Source: a bacterium (lineage in GTDB: Bacteria; UBP14; UBA6098; B30-G16). From it: a DNA stretch of 64,000 bases. Under the pieces are notes generated by a model. It was not told the origin of the DNA and searched no databases. It worked only from the letters and a program-made list of their open reading frames with translations. Within the stretch, counting starts at the first letter, position 1. Each line of letters starts with the position of its first letter. Below are positions 8,579 through 17,827 of this stretch, one piece after another. The stretch spans positions 7,771-71,770 of the forward strand of contig JAUWMV010000001.1 of the NCBI GenBank assembly GCA_030613005.1, in the 5' to 3' direction. A program made the position numbers and the translations under genes.

Positions 8579-9667
8579 CTATAGATATTTATTATATTTA
8601 CCTTCCGATTTAAGAATATCTATTAAATCACGTATCTGTTGTGTTCGTGTTTTATTCATAACTAATACCACATCATTCATTCGAACAATTACCATATCCG
8701 AAATACCATAAGTTACAATCAACCCATCAAAATCATTTAGAATTGTGGTTTCATATGTATCCTGAAGAAGAAACTCACCATTTCCGATTTGAATGTTATT
8801 ATGATTATCTGAACATAGCACTCTCTCCATTGCACTCCAACTACCCACATCGTCCCATTTGAAACGACTCCAGATTACTCCGACATTTCGAGTTTTCTCT
8901 AATATAGCAAAATCGATGCTTATTGATGGGATGGTTTCGAATGCTTCCTCGATAATCTTGTTAGAGTCGGGCTTATCGAATTCCTCAATATATTTATATA
9001 AGGCTTGAGCAAAATCCGGGAGATAAATATTTGCTTCTTCAAGAATTTTTCCTGCACGCATGATGAAATTTCCGCTATTCCAGAGATATTCCCCCGAAAG
9101 ATAGAACTCTTGAGCTTTTACTCTATTTGGTTTTTCTTTGAATGAGCTAACTTCATAACAGTCAGAATCACTCAGTTCTAATATTTTTTTCCCTGCATGA
9201 ATATATCCATAAGCGGTTTCTGCTCTTGAAGGTTCAATACCCATTAAAATAAGTCTATCAGTTTTCAAGACAGCATCCCTTGCTGATTTGAGTACTGATT
9301 GAAACGCACTTTTAGGTTCAATATAATGATCCGACGCTAAAACATACAAGATACCGTCTCCATATCGTGCAATAATTTCAGCCGCTGCAAGCCCAATTGC
9401 TGGTGCGGTATTTTTTCCTTGAGGTTCTATTATGAAGTTCTCTTTTGGTATTTCGGGATGTGTCTCGGATATTAACTTCGCCAGTTCTGGTCCAGTTACT
9501 ATAAATGTGTATTCGATCGGAACTATATCCAAAGTTCGATTAATCGTTTCTATTAACATTGTATTATTTGAAAGCAGTCTAAGCAACTGCTTAGGCTTAC
9601 GAGATCTACTAACTGGCCAGAATCTTTCGCCTTTACCACCTGCAAGCACAATCACGAATTCTTTCAT
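8579..9667 (-). CDS. manC: Mannose-1-phosphate guanylyltransferase
   Basis: LAGGKGERFWPVSR..PKQLL, EPQGKNTAPAI, YGYI, FKEKP, WNSG, WDDVGSW. Confidence 0.92.
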   Translation of the reverse strand: MKEFVIVLAGGKGERFWPVSRSRKPKQLLRLLSNNTMLIETINRTLDIVPIEYTFIVTGPELAKLISETHPEIPKENFIIEPQGKNTAPAIGLAAAEIIARYGDGILYVLASDHYIEPKSAFQSVLKSARDAVLKTDRLILMGIEPSRAETAYGYIHAGKKILELSDSDCYEVSSFKEKPNRVKAQEFYLSGEYLWNSGNFIMRAGKILEEANIYLPDFAQALYKYIEEFDKPDSNKIIEEAFETIPSISIDFAILEKTRNVGVIWSRFKWDDVGSWSAMERVLCSDNHNNIQIGNGEFLLQDTYETTILNDFDGLIVTYGISDMVIVRMNDVVLVMNKTRTQQIRDLIDILKSEGKYNKYL

Positions 9668-9690
9668 TTTTTCTCCATTTTTCTAATCCT

Positions 9691-9719
9691 AAGCTATAGT
9701 TAATGTAGTTTTATGTCAA
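9691..9719 (-). promoter_or_regulatory. Sigma70-type promoter for manC-SPOR-macro operon
   Basis: Minus strand TTGACA-17 nt-TAGCTT just upstream of manC. Confidence 0.6.
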
Positions 9720-9938
9720 GCTGGGATATTAGCATTGTCGCAATTTGTATAAGAATCTCTGGGATTTCTTCTTGGTTGTGATATTGTTTGAATAATGAGA
9801 ATGAATTTCTGTTTGATCTTTTTCACTCAGATAATTCTTTTTTCGAAGTCAAGAAGTTCAGGATAATTTTATTTCAGTTCACGTTCGAGAATTTCAGATA
9901 TTAAGGCAACCATGATACTATTATCACTTCAAATGCTG

Positions 9939-9961
9939 ACATTCTATAAAATATAGAATGT
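9939..9961. repeat. Perfect 10-bp inverted repeat ACATTCTATA-AAA-TATAGAATGT (hairpin or operator)
   Basis: Read directly; lies downstream of the minus-strand tRNA-Ala/Ile pair. Confidence 0.5.
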
Positions 9962-10053
9962 TTGTCTCAATTCTGCATTTAATATAAGTTTAATTGGCAA
10001 AAGGACTATAGTTTCGCATTTAATCTATAAATATCGATCTAGGAATTAAAAAA

Positions 10054-10127
10054 TGGCCCAGGATAGAATCGAACTATCGACCTCATGCTTATCAGGCATG
10101 CGCTCTAACCAACTGAGCTACTGGGCC
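10054..10127 (-). tRNA. tRNA-Ile(GAT)
   Basis: Reverse complement GGCCCAGTAGCTCAGTTGGTTAGAGC...CATGC CT GAT AA GCATG...GTTCGATTC...CTGGGCCA; CCA not encoded. Confidence 0.96.
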
Positions 10128-10134
10128 AAATTAA

Positions 10135-10207
10135 TGGAGGATACCGGGCTTGAACCGGTGACCCCAAGCTTGCAAAGCTTGTGCTCTCCCAGCTGAGCTA
10201 ATCCCCC
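10135..10207 (-). tRNA. tRNA-Ala(TGC)
   Basis: Reverse complement GGGGGATTAGCTCAGCTGGGAGAGC, anticodon arm CAAGC TT TGC AA GCTTG, G3:U70 identity pair. Confidence 0.96.
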
Positions 10208-10426
10208 GTGGTATTTTAAATATCACATAATTCCTGAATTAACTCAACATAAACACAAACGCAAGACAAAAAATATTTATTAGAATAAGTGAGTCAACAC
10301 CTTTTTTATTTTACCAGAATAATATTCTTTAATGATATATATATGGAAAAAATAAAAAATAATCTAAATTAATTTTAAATATTTATTGACAGATTAATAC
10401 TCAATTAATTAATTGGATAGTTTAAA

Positions 10427-10499
10427 AGGCCTGTAGCTCAATTGGCAGAGCACCGGTCTCCAAAACCGGGGGTTGGGGGTTCAATTCCCTCCGGGCCTG
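10427..10499 (+). tRNA. tRNA-Trp(CCA)
   Basis: AGGCCTG/CGGGCCT acceptor stem, CCGGT CT CCA AA ACCGG anticodon arm; canonical position before secE; TTGACA at 10386. Confidence 0.96.
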
Positions 10500-10630
10500 G
10501 TTTTATCGGTTTTGCCGAGGAGGGAATTTTTTGATTTAGCAAAGTTACATTTAGTAACTAATATTTTTAACGTTTGAATTGCATAATTCGAATTCTATAC
10601 TTGTTGTTTTGAAATATAAAAGGAGAACAT

Positions 10631-10813
10631 GTGAAAAAGATCAAACAGTTTATATACGAATCCTGGCTTGAATTTAAGAAGGTTCGATGGCCATCGCGTA
10701 GTGAACTGATTGAACTTACAGTCGCCGTTATAACTGGGACATTAATATTAGCGTTCTATGTCGGTTTGGTCGATTGGATTTTCGGTTTTGTTATAGGAAA
10801 AATTTTACCGTAA
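10631..10813 (+). CDS. secE: Preprotein translocase subunit SecE
   Basis: EFKKVRWPSRSEL plus one TM segment; AAGGAG SD; tRNA-Trp/nusG synteny. Confidence 0.93.
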   Translation: MKKIKQFIYESWLEFKKVRWPSRSELIELTVAVITGTLILAFYVGLVDWIFGFVIGKILP

Positions 10814-10951
10814 AGAAATTACTCTAAATGTGTTCAAATTCTGTTTGACTTTTTCGATTGATTTATAATAAGCATAATTTGGGAATTTTTATTTATTCCG
10901 TATGATACGGAAATATTTTTTTGAAAAGTAATTAAACAAGTGTAAATAATT

Positions 10952-11551
10952 GTGATAGATAAAACAGAAATATTAGAAGATCAAAGCTCCGAGAACGAAG
11001 ATAAAATTGATAATCCGGATGCTAAGTGGTTCGTTATCCATACCTTGTCCGGTCAGGAGGAGAAGGTTAAGAGATTTATTGAGAACACTGTTAAGCTTAA
11101 GGGTCTTGAGTATTATATTGTCGAGGTGATTATTCCCACTGAGGATGTTGTTGAGATGCGTCGTGGAAAACGAAGAACTGTAGCTAAGAAATTTTTTCCC
11201 AGTTATATGATGGTTCGTATGGTTCTGATGAAGGAGACCGAAGGATTCATTAGAAGTGTTCCTGGGGTTACTGGTTTTATTACAGTTGGTGACGAACCAG
11301 TTCCTCTATCTGAAGAAGAAGTTGACAATATTATGCGTAAAACTGATAAAACTATAACAGTAGAAAAAATTGAAATTCCTTTTTCCGAAGGCGATCCTGT
11401 TAGAGTTATCGATGGTCCATTTAAAGATTTTGCTGGTATGGTTAGTGAAGTTAATAGAGAACGAGGTAAAGTTAGAGTTATGGTTTCTATTTTTGGTAGA
11501 TTAACACCTGTCGATGTGGATTTTCTTCAAATTAAGGAGGATAAAAAGTAA
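10952..11551 (+). CDS. nusG: Transcription termination/antitermination factor NusG
   Basis: WFVIHTLSGQE, FFPSY, VPGVTGF, KOW VIDGPF, IFGRLTPV. Confidence 0.97.
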   Translation: MIDKTEILEDQSSENEDKIDNPDAKWFVIHTLSGQEEKVKRFIENTVKLKGLEYYIVEVIIPTEDVVEMRRGKRRTVAKKFFPSYMMVRMVLMKETEGFIRSVPGVTGFITVGDEPVPLSEEEVDNIMRKTDKTITVEKIEIPFSEGDPVRVIDGPFKDFAGMVSEVNRERGKVRVMVSIFGRLTPVDVDFLQIKEDKK

Positions 11552-11664
11552 ACTTATTAATGATTAACATCATTATAAAATATCGATAATATATTATAAA
11601 TATGTTATAACTGTTAAGATATTGTTTTAATTTAATATTGAAAGACTGTTTATAGGAGAATATA

Positions 11665-12096
11665 ATGGCAAAGACTAAAAAACCTTTGGGAGTTATTAAA
11701 CTACAAATTCCCGCTGGAAAAGCTACACCTGCGCCACCTGTAGGACCTGCTCTTGGTCCAACTGGAATTAATATTCCTGAATTTTGTAAGCAATTCAATG
11801 TGAAAACTTCCAAAATGGGGGAATATATTATTCCTGTTGTTATTTCATATTACAAAGATCGTTCATTCACCTTTATTACTAAAACACCTCCCACTTCTGA
11901 TTTGCTAAGAAAACTAGTTGGAATTGAAAAAGGTTCTGGTGAACCTAATAAAATGAAAGTAGCTAAAGTTAAGAGAGAGAAAATAAGAGGAATTGCTCAA
12001 CAGAAACTTAACGACCTTAACACTAAGGATATGGCTCAAGCTATAAAGATTGTCGAGGGAACCGCCAAGTCTATGGGCATTGATGTCGTGGAATAA
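11665..12096 (+). CDS. rplK: 50S ribosomal protein L11
   Basis: [33 protein letters not shown]. Confidence 0.98.
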   Translation: MAKTKKPLGVIKLQIPAGKATPAPPVGPALGPTGINIPEFCKQFNVKTSKMGEYIIPVVISYYKDRSFTFITKTPPTSDLLRKLVGIEKGSGEPNKMKVAKVKREKIRGIAQQKLNDLNTKDMAQAIKIVEGTAKSMGIDVVE

Positions 12097-12165
12097 TTTA
12101 AAGGTTACCACACCTTTAAAAGCCAATATAAGGCTCAATAAATGTGGAAGCTCACAGGAGGAGCA

Positions 12166-12864
12166 ATGAATAAAAAAGGAAAGAAATATCTTACAACTCA
12201 AGAGAAGTTTGATAAGAATAATATGTACCCGCTTGATAAGGCTATCAATCTTGTAAAGGAATTATCTTACGTTAAATTTGACGAGAGCATTGATATTGCA
12301 GTCAGGTTAAATGTAGATCCCAGGCATGCAGATCAAATGATTAGAGGAACGGTTATACTCCCACATGGAACTGGAAAAACAGTTAAGATCTTAGTTTTTG
12401 CAAAGGGTGAAAAAGCTACTGAAGCTCAACAAGCCGGTGCAGATTTCGTCGGTCTCGAGGAGATTATCGAAAAAATCAAAGATGGATGGCTTGAATTTGA
12501 TGTGGCTATTGCAACTCCTGATGTTATGAGCCTTGTGGGTCGGTTGGGTAAAATTCTTGGTCCAAGAGGTCTCATGCCAAATCCGAAAGTTGGAACGGTT
12601 ACTAATGATGTTGTAAAAGCTGTCAAGGAAAGTAAGGCTGGGAAAATTCAGTATAGAGTTGATAAAGCGGGAAATATTCATGCACCAATTGGGAAGGTTT
12701 CCTTTGAATTAGATAAGATTGAAGGGAATGCACACTCTATTATAGATTCTCTTATACAAGCAAAACCTTCTACTATTAAGGGTCAATATATTAAAAATAT
12801 TTCTATTTCTTCGACAATGGGTCCAGGTATTAAAGTGGATATTTCTGATGTACTTAACCCGTAA
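12166..12864 (+). CDS. rplA: 50S ribosomal protein L1
   Basis: [36 protein letters not shown]; ATG at 12166 after AGGAGG. Confidence 0.98.
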   Translation: MNKKGKKYLTTQEKFDKNNMYPLDKAINLVKELSYVKFDESIDIAVRLNVDPRHADQMIRGTVILPHGTGKTVKILVFAKGEKATEAQQAGADFVGLEEIIEKIKDGWLEFDVAIATPDVMSLVGRLGKILGPRGLMPNPKVGTVTNDVVKAVKESKAGKIQYRVDKAGNIHAPIGKVSFELDKIEGNAHSIIDSLIQAKPSTIKGQYIKNISISSTMGPGIKVDISDVLNP

Positions 12865-12883
12865 TCCTATGAGGAGTTTGAAT

Positions 12884-13402
12884 ATGCTTAGAAAAGATAA
12901 AGAAGTTATTCTTCGAGACTTAATTGAGGATTTCAAAGAATTTAACGTTTTTTATTTCACAAATTACAAAGGGCTTAACGTTACTGATATGACAACTCTA
13001 AGAACCAAACTTAAAGATGCTGGAATTAAGCTTAGGATTGCTAAGAATACACTGATAAGAGTTGCTCGAGAGGAATTAAAAATTTCTTCAATCGATATAA
13101 AGGTTCTTCAGGATAATACAGCTATCATAATGAGCAAAGATGACCCAATTGCACCTGCTAAAATTATTCGAAATTTTATTAAGGAACACCAGAAGCTATC
13201 TATAAAAGGTATTTTATTGAACAATGAATTCTATAAAGCCGATAAATTCAATCATTTTGCATCACTTCAAGGAATGGATGAATTGAGAGCAAAAGTTGTT
13301 GCTTCTATTGCAGCTCCAATTACTGGATTAGTATTTGTGTTGTCTGGTCTCCTTAGAGGACTTGTTTCACAGGTCGATCAGCTTTCTAAAAGGGAGGAGT
13401 AA
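12884..13402 (+). CDS. rplJ: 50S ribosomal protein L10
   Basis: NYKGLNV, LRIAKNTL; between rplA and rplL; GAGGAG SD. Confidence 0.93.
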   Translation: MLRKDKEVILRDLIEDFKEFNVFYFTNYKGLNVTDMTTLRTKLKDAGIKLRIAKNTLIRVAREELKISSIDIKVLQDNTAIIMSKDDPIAPAKIIRNFIKEHQKLSIKGILLNNEFYKADKFNHFASLQGMDELRAKVVASIAAPITGLVFVLSGLLRGLVSQVDQLSKREE

Positions 13403-13500
13403 CCCTTTTTAAAGATTTTCTTTTTAATTACTTCTTAACTGAAATGAATTAATTAAGATTATATTGATAATTAAGTTACAAAAATAATAGGAGGAATGTT

Positions 13501-13893
13501 ATGGATTTGAGTCCCAATGTACAAGGAGTAATCGAACAGATCGAGAAATTAACTGTACTGGAGCTGTCCGATTTAGTTAAGGCATTGGAGGATAAGTTTG
13601 GAGTATCTGCTGCTGCTCCTGTTGCTATGGTTGCTGCATCTGCTGCAGATGCTGCACCTGCTGCGGAAGAAGAAGTGCAAACTGAATTTTCCGTTGTCTT
13701 AATTGGAATAGGTGATAAAAAACTTCAAGTTATTAAAGAAGTTAGAGCTATTGCTGGTCTCGGTCTAAAAGAAGCTAAAGAATTTGTTGAGGGAGATCTA
13801 CCCAAGGCTGTTAAGGAAGATATTCCAAAGGCTGAAGCCGAGCAGATTAAGAGCAAACTCGATGCTGTTGGTGCAAACGTGGAGATTAAGTAA
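13501..13893 (+). CDS. rplL: 50S ribosomal protein L7/L12
   Basis: [40 protein letters not shown]. Confidence 0.98.
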   Translation: MDLSPNVQGVIEQIEKLTVLELSDLVKALEDKFGVSAAAPVAMVAASAADAAPAAEEEVQTEFSVVLIGIGDKKLQVIKEVRAIAGLGLKEAKEFVEGDLPKAVKEDIPKAEAEQIKSKLDAVGANVEIK

Positions 13894-13926
13894 TTACTAT
13901 GTATAAGTTGGGAATAATTTGATGAT

Positions 13927-13964
13927 ACAGGAACCTCCTATATTACACAGAGGGTTTTTCCTGT
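13927..13964 (+). terminator. Imperfect hairpin between rplL and rpoB (possible attenuator or processing site)
   Basis: ACAGGAACCTC...GAGGGTTTTTCCTGT complementary arms. Confidence 0.4.
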
Positions 13965-14018
13965 GTATTAATGATTTTAAACTTAATCAAACCCATTAAA
14001 TGAGAGGTTTGAATCCTA

Positions 14019-17000
14019 ATGGAAGCCAAACCAATTATAAAGAGAAAAAATTTTGAAAAAGTTTCGTCGAGGGTTGAAATGCCCAACCTTCTTCAGGTTC
14101 AATTGAGTTCTTATGAAAATTTCCTCCAAAAAGATGTAGCACCTGAAAAGCGTCTTCCCCAGGGGCTTCAGGCAGTTTTTTATGATGCTTTTCCTATCGA
14201 GGACATTTATAAAAAATATGAACTCCAATTCGTATCTTATAATGTTGGTCTTACGCGATATACTGTAGAGGAATGTCGGATTAGAAATCTGACGTATTCA
14301 ATTCCTTTTAAGGTTAAACTTAGACTTGTTGAGTATGCCGAAGCACAAACTGAAGAGAGAAGGATCAAGGAAATCCGCGAGGATGAAGTTTATCTGGGTG
14401 AACTTCCTCTTATGACACATGTAGGGACATTCATAATAAACGGAGCTGAGCGTGTTATCGTTACACAACTTCATCGATCACCGGGTGTGTTTTTTGACGA
14501 AACTATTCATCCAAACGGAAAGAGAATTTTCTCCGCAAGATTGATTCCTCTGCATGGATCATGGCTAGAAATTCGATTTGATGTTAGGGATGTTTTACAT
14601 GCTGTGATTTCTTCTCGCAAAAAAGTTCCTATTACAACTCTTCTCAGAGCTTTTGGTTTTGAAAAGGATAGGCAGATTATTGAACTGTTCCATGAAGTTA
14701 CCGAATTTAAGTTGACTGACGAAAAAATCGATGATGCAATTGGTTCATATTGTGCTGAGCAGATTGTAGATACGCAAACCGGTGAGATAATTATCGACAT
14801 CGGACAAATTCTTAGCGTTGAGGATATTGAGAGGGTTAAAAGTCATGATATAAAAAAAATTGCTGTTGTTATTCCATCTTACCCGAGAATGATTCCAATT
14901 ATTTTTAACTCTTTGAAAGCAGACCTAACTGAGACAAGACTCGAAGCTGTGCAGGAAATATATTCGGGTATTCGTCCCGGAAATATTGTAGAATCGGGCA
15001 AAGAGGATCAAATTCTTTCTGAATATCTTTTTAGTATTAAGAGATTTGATCTTGGTGAAGTTGGACGTTTTCGAATTAATCAACGTTTGAAATTGGATGT
15101 TCCACTCGATGTTAGAGTTATTACAGCGGAGGATTTTATCTCAACAGCAGCATATCTTATTGGTTTAAGACATGGTGAAGGATTTACCGATGATATTGAC
15201 CACTTAGGTGTCAGGAGAGCCCGATCTGTTGGTGAACTTCTCGCTAATCAGATTAGAGTTGGATTTGCTAGGATGAGTCGAACTGTCCGAGAACGAATGC
15301 GAACTAGAGATGTTGAAACAATGACTCCAAGCGATCTTGTAAATGCGAGGATTATTTCAGCAGTGATTAATTCTTTCTTTGGTTCTTCACAGTTATCTCA
15401 ATTTATGGACCAAACAAATCCAATAGCTGAACTTACTCATAAACGAAGGCTTTCTGCATTAGGTCCTGGTGGATTAACTAGAGAACGTGCAGGATTTGAA
15501 GTTAGAGATGTTCATTACACACATTATGGTCGTCTTTGTCCAATTGAAACACCGGAAGGACAAAATATTGGTCTTATAACTTCACTTGCTACTTACGCAC
15601 GTATTAACTCATACGGATTCCTAGAAACACCATATATAAAAGTTAAAAAAGGTGTTTTAACAAATAAAGTTGTCTATGTTACTGCAGATGAAGAGGATAA
15701 ATTAAACATTGCTCAATCATTTGTACACATGGATGAGAATGGAAAAATTTTATCTGAGAATGTTATCGTAAGAAAACAAGGAGATATTGTTAATGTTAAT
15801 CCTCAACAAGTAGATTTAATCGATGTATCTCCTTCGCAAACGGTAAGTATAACCGCTGCCCTTATCCCGTTCCTCGAGCATGACGATGCCAGTCGTGCGC
15901 TTATGGGCTCAAATATGCAAAGACAGGCTGTTCCATTACTATTTACTGAACCGCCAATTGTTGGTACAGGACTGGAATTTAAGACTGCCATCGATTCTGG
16001 TTCGGTGATTACTGCAAAGAGAGCAGGAAAAGTTGCCAGAGTTACGTCTAATGTCATTGAGGTTAGACCTCTTCAGGATGATTTGGATGATGACTCGCTT
16101 TTAAAAGATGTTGACATTTATCCTTTAATTAAATTTCGAAGAACGAACCAAAATACAATGATTAATCAAAGACCACTAGTTAAGGTCAATGATATTGTTG
16201 AAAAGGATCAGGTTATAGCCGACGGTGCAGCGACAAGCAAGGGTGAATTAGCATTGGGTAAGAACATTCTTGTTGCATTTATGTCGTGGCATGGATACAA
16301 CTTTGAGGATGCAATTATAATTTCAGATAGGTTAGTTCAGGATGATATTTTCACATCTATTCATATTGAGGATAAAGAAATGCAGGTTCGGGAAACCAAA
16401 ATGGGACCAGAGGAACTTACAAGAGAACTGCCTAACGTTTCTGAGGAGGCTGTTAAAGATCTAAGTGAAAATGGGATTATAAGGATTGGAACTCATGTTC
16501 AGCCTGGAGACATATTAGCAGGTAAAGTTACTCCAAAAAGTGAGATCGAACTTACACCAGAAATGAGGCTTCTTAAAGCTATATTCGGCGAACGTGCTGG
16601 TGATGTTAAAGATACCTCTTTAAGAGTACCACCGGGTATTGAAGGTGTTGTTATTGATACAATTTTACTATCTCGAAGAGGTTACTCAGGTGGTAGAAGG
16701 CGTGAAAAGGAATTGCTAAAGCAAATGGAACAACATTACAAAGAAGAAATCGATTCTATTAAAAATCGTAGGGATTCGAAAATTCGTAAACTAATTGTTG
16801 GATTGAGAATTAACAGTTTAATCTCTGCTAGCACGGGTAAGCCTGTAATCTCCGCTGGATCGAAGATTTCAAAACGTTTTGCAATAAGACTAAATGTCGA
16901 TGATGTTTCTTCATCATCCTTCTGGACTGATGACGAAAAAACTAATATTCGTATTAGAAAAATTATTGCACAAGCCTCGAAGTTATTTACAGAAAAGGAA

Positions 17001-17798
17001 CAAGAATTCGAAATTGAACGAGACAAAGTAAGCAGAGGTGATGAACTTTTACCCGGTATTATACAACTCGTTAAGGTTTACATTGCGATGAAGAGAAAAA
17101 TTTCTATTGGTGACAAAATGGCGGGTAGACATGGGAATAAAGGTGTTGTCTCGATTATTGTTCCAAGAGAGGATATGCCTTATTTAGAAGATGGAACACC
17201 AGTTGATATAATATTAAATCCATTAGGTGTACCCTCAAGAATGAATATCGGACAGATACTTGAAACGCATCTTGGCTGGACACTTAAAGAAAAGAATCAA
17301 TATTGTGCTACTCCTGTTTTCAATGGTGCAAACGTTAGAGAAATTAAAGAGGATCTAATTAATGTTAATAAACCTGCATCAGGTAAAGTTAGGATTTGCG
17401 ACGGTAAGACCGGTCCAAATTTCCCTGAGGAAGTTACTGTTGGTCAAATTTATATGATGAAACTTGTACATCTTGCAGACGATAAAATTCATGCAAGGTC
17501 TATAGGTCCATATAGTCTTGTCACGCAACAACCTCTTGGCGGGAAAGCTCAATTTGGGGGTCAACGTTTTGGTGAGATGGAAGTTTGGGCTCTCGAGGCT
17601 TATGGAGCAGCATTTACATTACAGGAAATGCTAACTGTTAAATCGGATGATATACATGGTCGATCTAAAATCTATGAGACCATCGTTAAAGGTGAGAATT
17701 CACCGGAACCGGGGATTCCAGAGTCATTTAACGTGCTTGTCAAGGAATTACAAGCACTTTGTATAGATGTTCAATTATTAACAGATGAAGAGGATTAA
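14019..17798 (+). CDS. rpoB: RNA polymerase beta subunit
   Basis: SQLSQFMDQTN, RRLSALGPGGL, GDKMAGRHGNKG, GGQRFGEMEVWALEAYG. Confidence 0.99.
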   Translation: MEAKPIIKRKNFEKVSSRVEMPNLLQVQLSSYENFLQKDVAPEKRLPQGLQAVFYDAFPIEDIYKKYELQFVSYNVGLTRYTVEECRIRNLTYSIPFKVKLRLVEYAEAQTEERRIKEIREDEVYLGELPLMTHVGTFIINGAERVIVTQLHRSPGVFFDETIHPNGKRIFSARLIPLHGSWLEIRFDVRDVLHAVISSRKKVPITTLLRAFGFEKDRQIIELFHEVTEFKLTDEKIDDAIGSYCAEQIVDTQTGEIIIDIGQILSVEDIERVKSHDIKKIAVVIPSYPRMIPIIFNSLKADLTETRLEAVQEIYSGIRPGNIVESGKEDQILSEYLFSIKRFDLGEVGRFRINQRLKLDVPLDVRVITAEDFISTAAYLIGLRHGEGFTDDIDHLGVRRARSVGELLANQIRVGFARMSRTVRERMRTRDVETMTPSDLVNARIISAVINSFFGSSQLSQFMDQTNPIAELTHKRRLSALGPGGLTRERAGFEVRDVHYTHYGRLCPIETPEGQNIGLITSLATYARINSYGFLETPYIKVKKGVLTNKVVYVTADEEDKLNIAQSFVHMDENGKILSENVIVRKQGDIVNVNPQQVDLIDVSPSQTVSITAALIPFLEHDDASRALMGSNMQRQAVPLLFTEPPIVGTGLEFKTAIDSGSVITAKRAGKVARVTSNVIEVRPLQDDLDDDSLLKDVDIYPLIKFRRTNQNTMINQRPLVKVNDIVEKDQVIADGAATSKGELALGKNILVAFMSWHGYNFEDAIIISDRLVQDDIFTSIHIEDKEMQVRETKMGPEELTRELPNVSEEAVKDLSENGIIRIGTHVQPGDILAGKVTPKSEIELTPEMRLLKAIFGERAGDVKDTSLRVPPGIEGVVIDTILLSRRGYSGGRRREKELLKQMEQHYKEEIDSIKNRRDSKIRKLIVGLRINSLISASTGKPVISAGSKISKRFAIRLNVDDVSSSSFWTDDEKTNIRIRKIIAQASKLFTEKEQEFEIERDKVSRGDELLPGIIQLVKVYIAMKRKISIGDKMAGRHGNKGVVSIIVPREDMPYLEDGTPVDIILNPLGVPSRMNIGQILETHLGWTLKEKNQYCATPVFNGANVREIKEDLINVNKPASGKVRICDGKTGPNFPEEVTVGQIYMMKLVHLADDKIHARSIGPYSLVTQQPLGGKAQFGGQRFGEMEVWALEAYGAAFTLQEMLTVKSDDIHGRSKIYETIVKGENSPEPGIPESFNVLVKELQALCIDVQLLTDEED

Positions 17799-17827
17799 CC
17801 AATTTCTCTCGTCAGAGGTGATATTAA

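Noticed and set aside
15370-15480. Intrinsic rifampicin resistance in rpoB
   Set aside because: Cluster I (SQLSQFMDQTN..ELTHKRRLSALG) retains the sensitive Q, D, H and S residues
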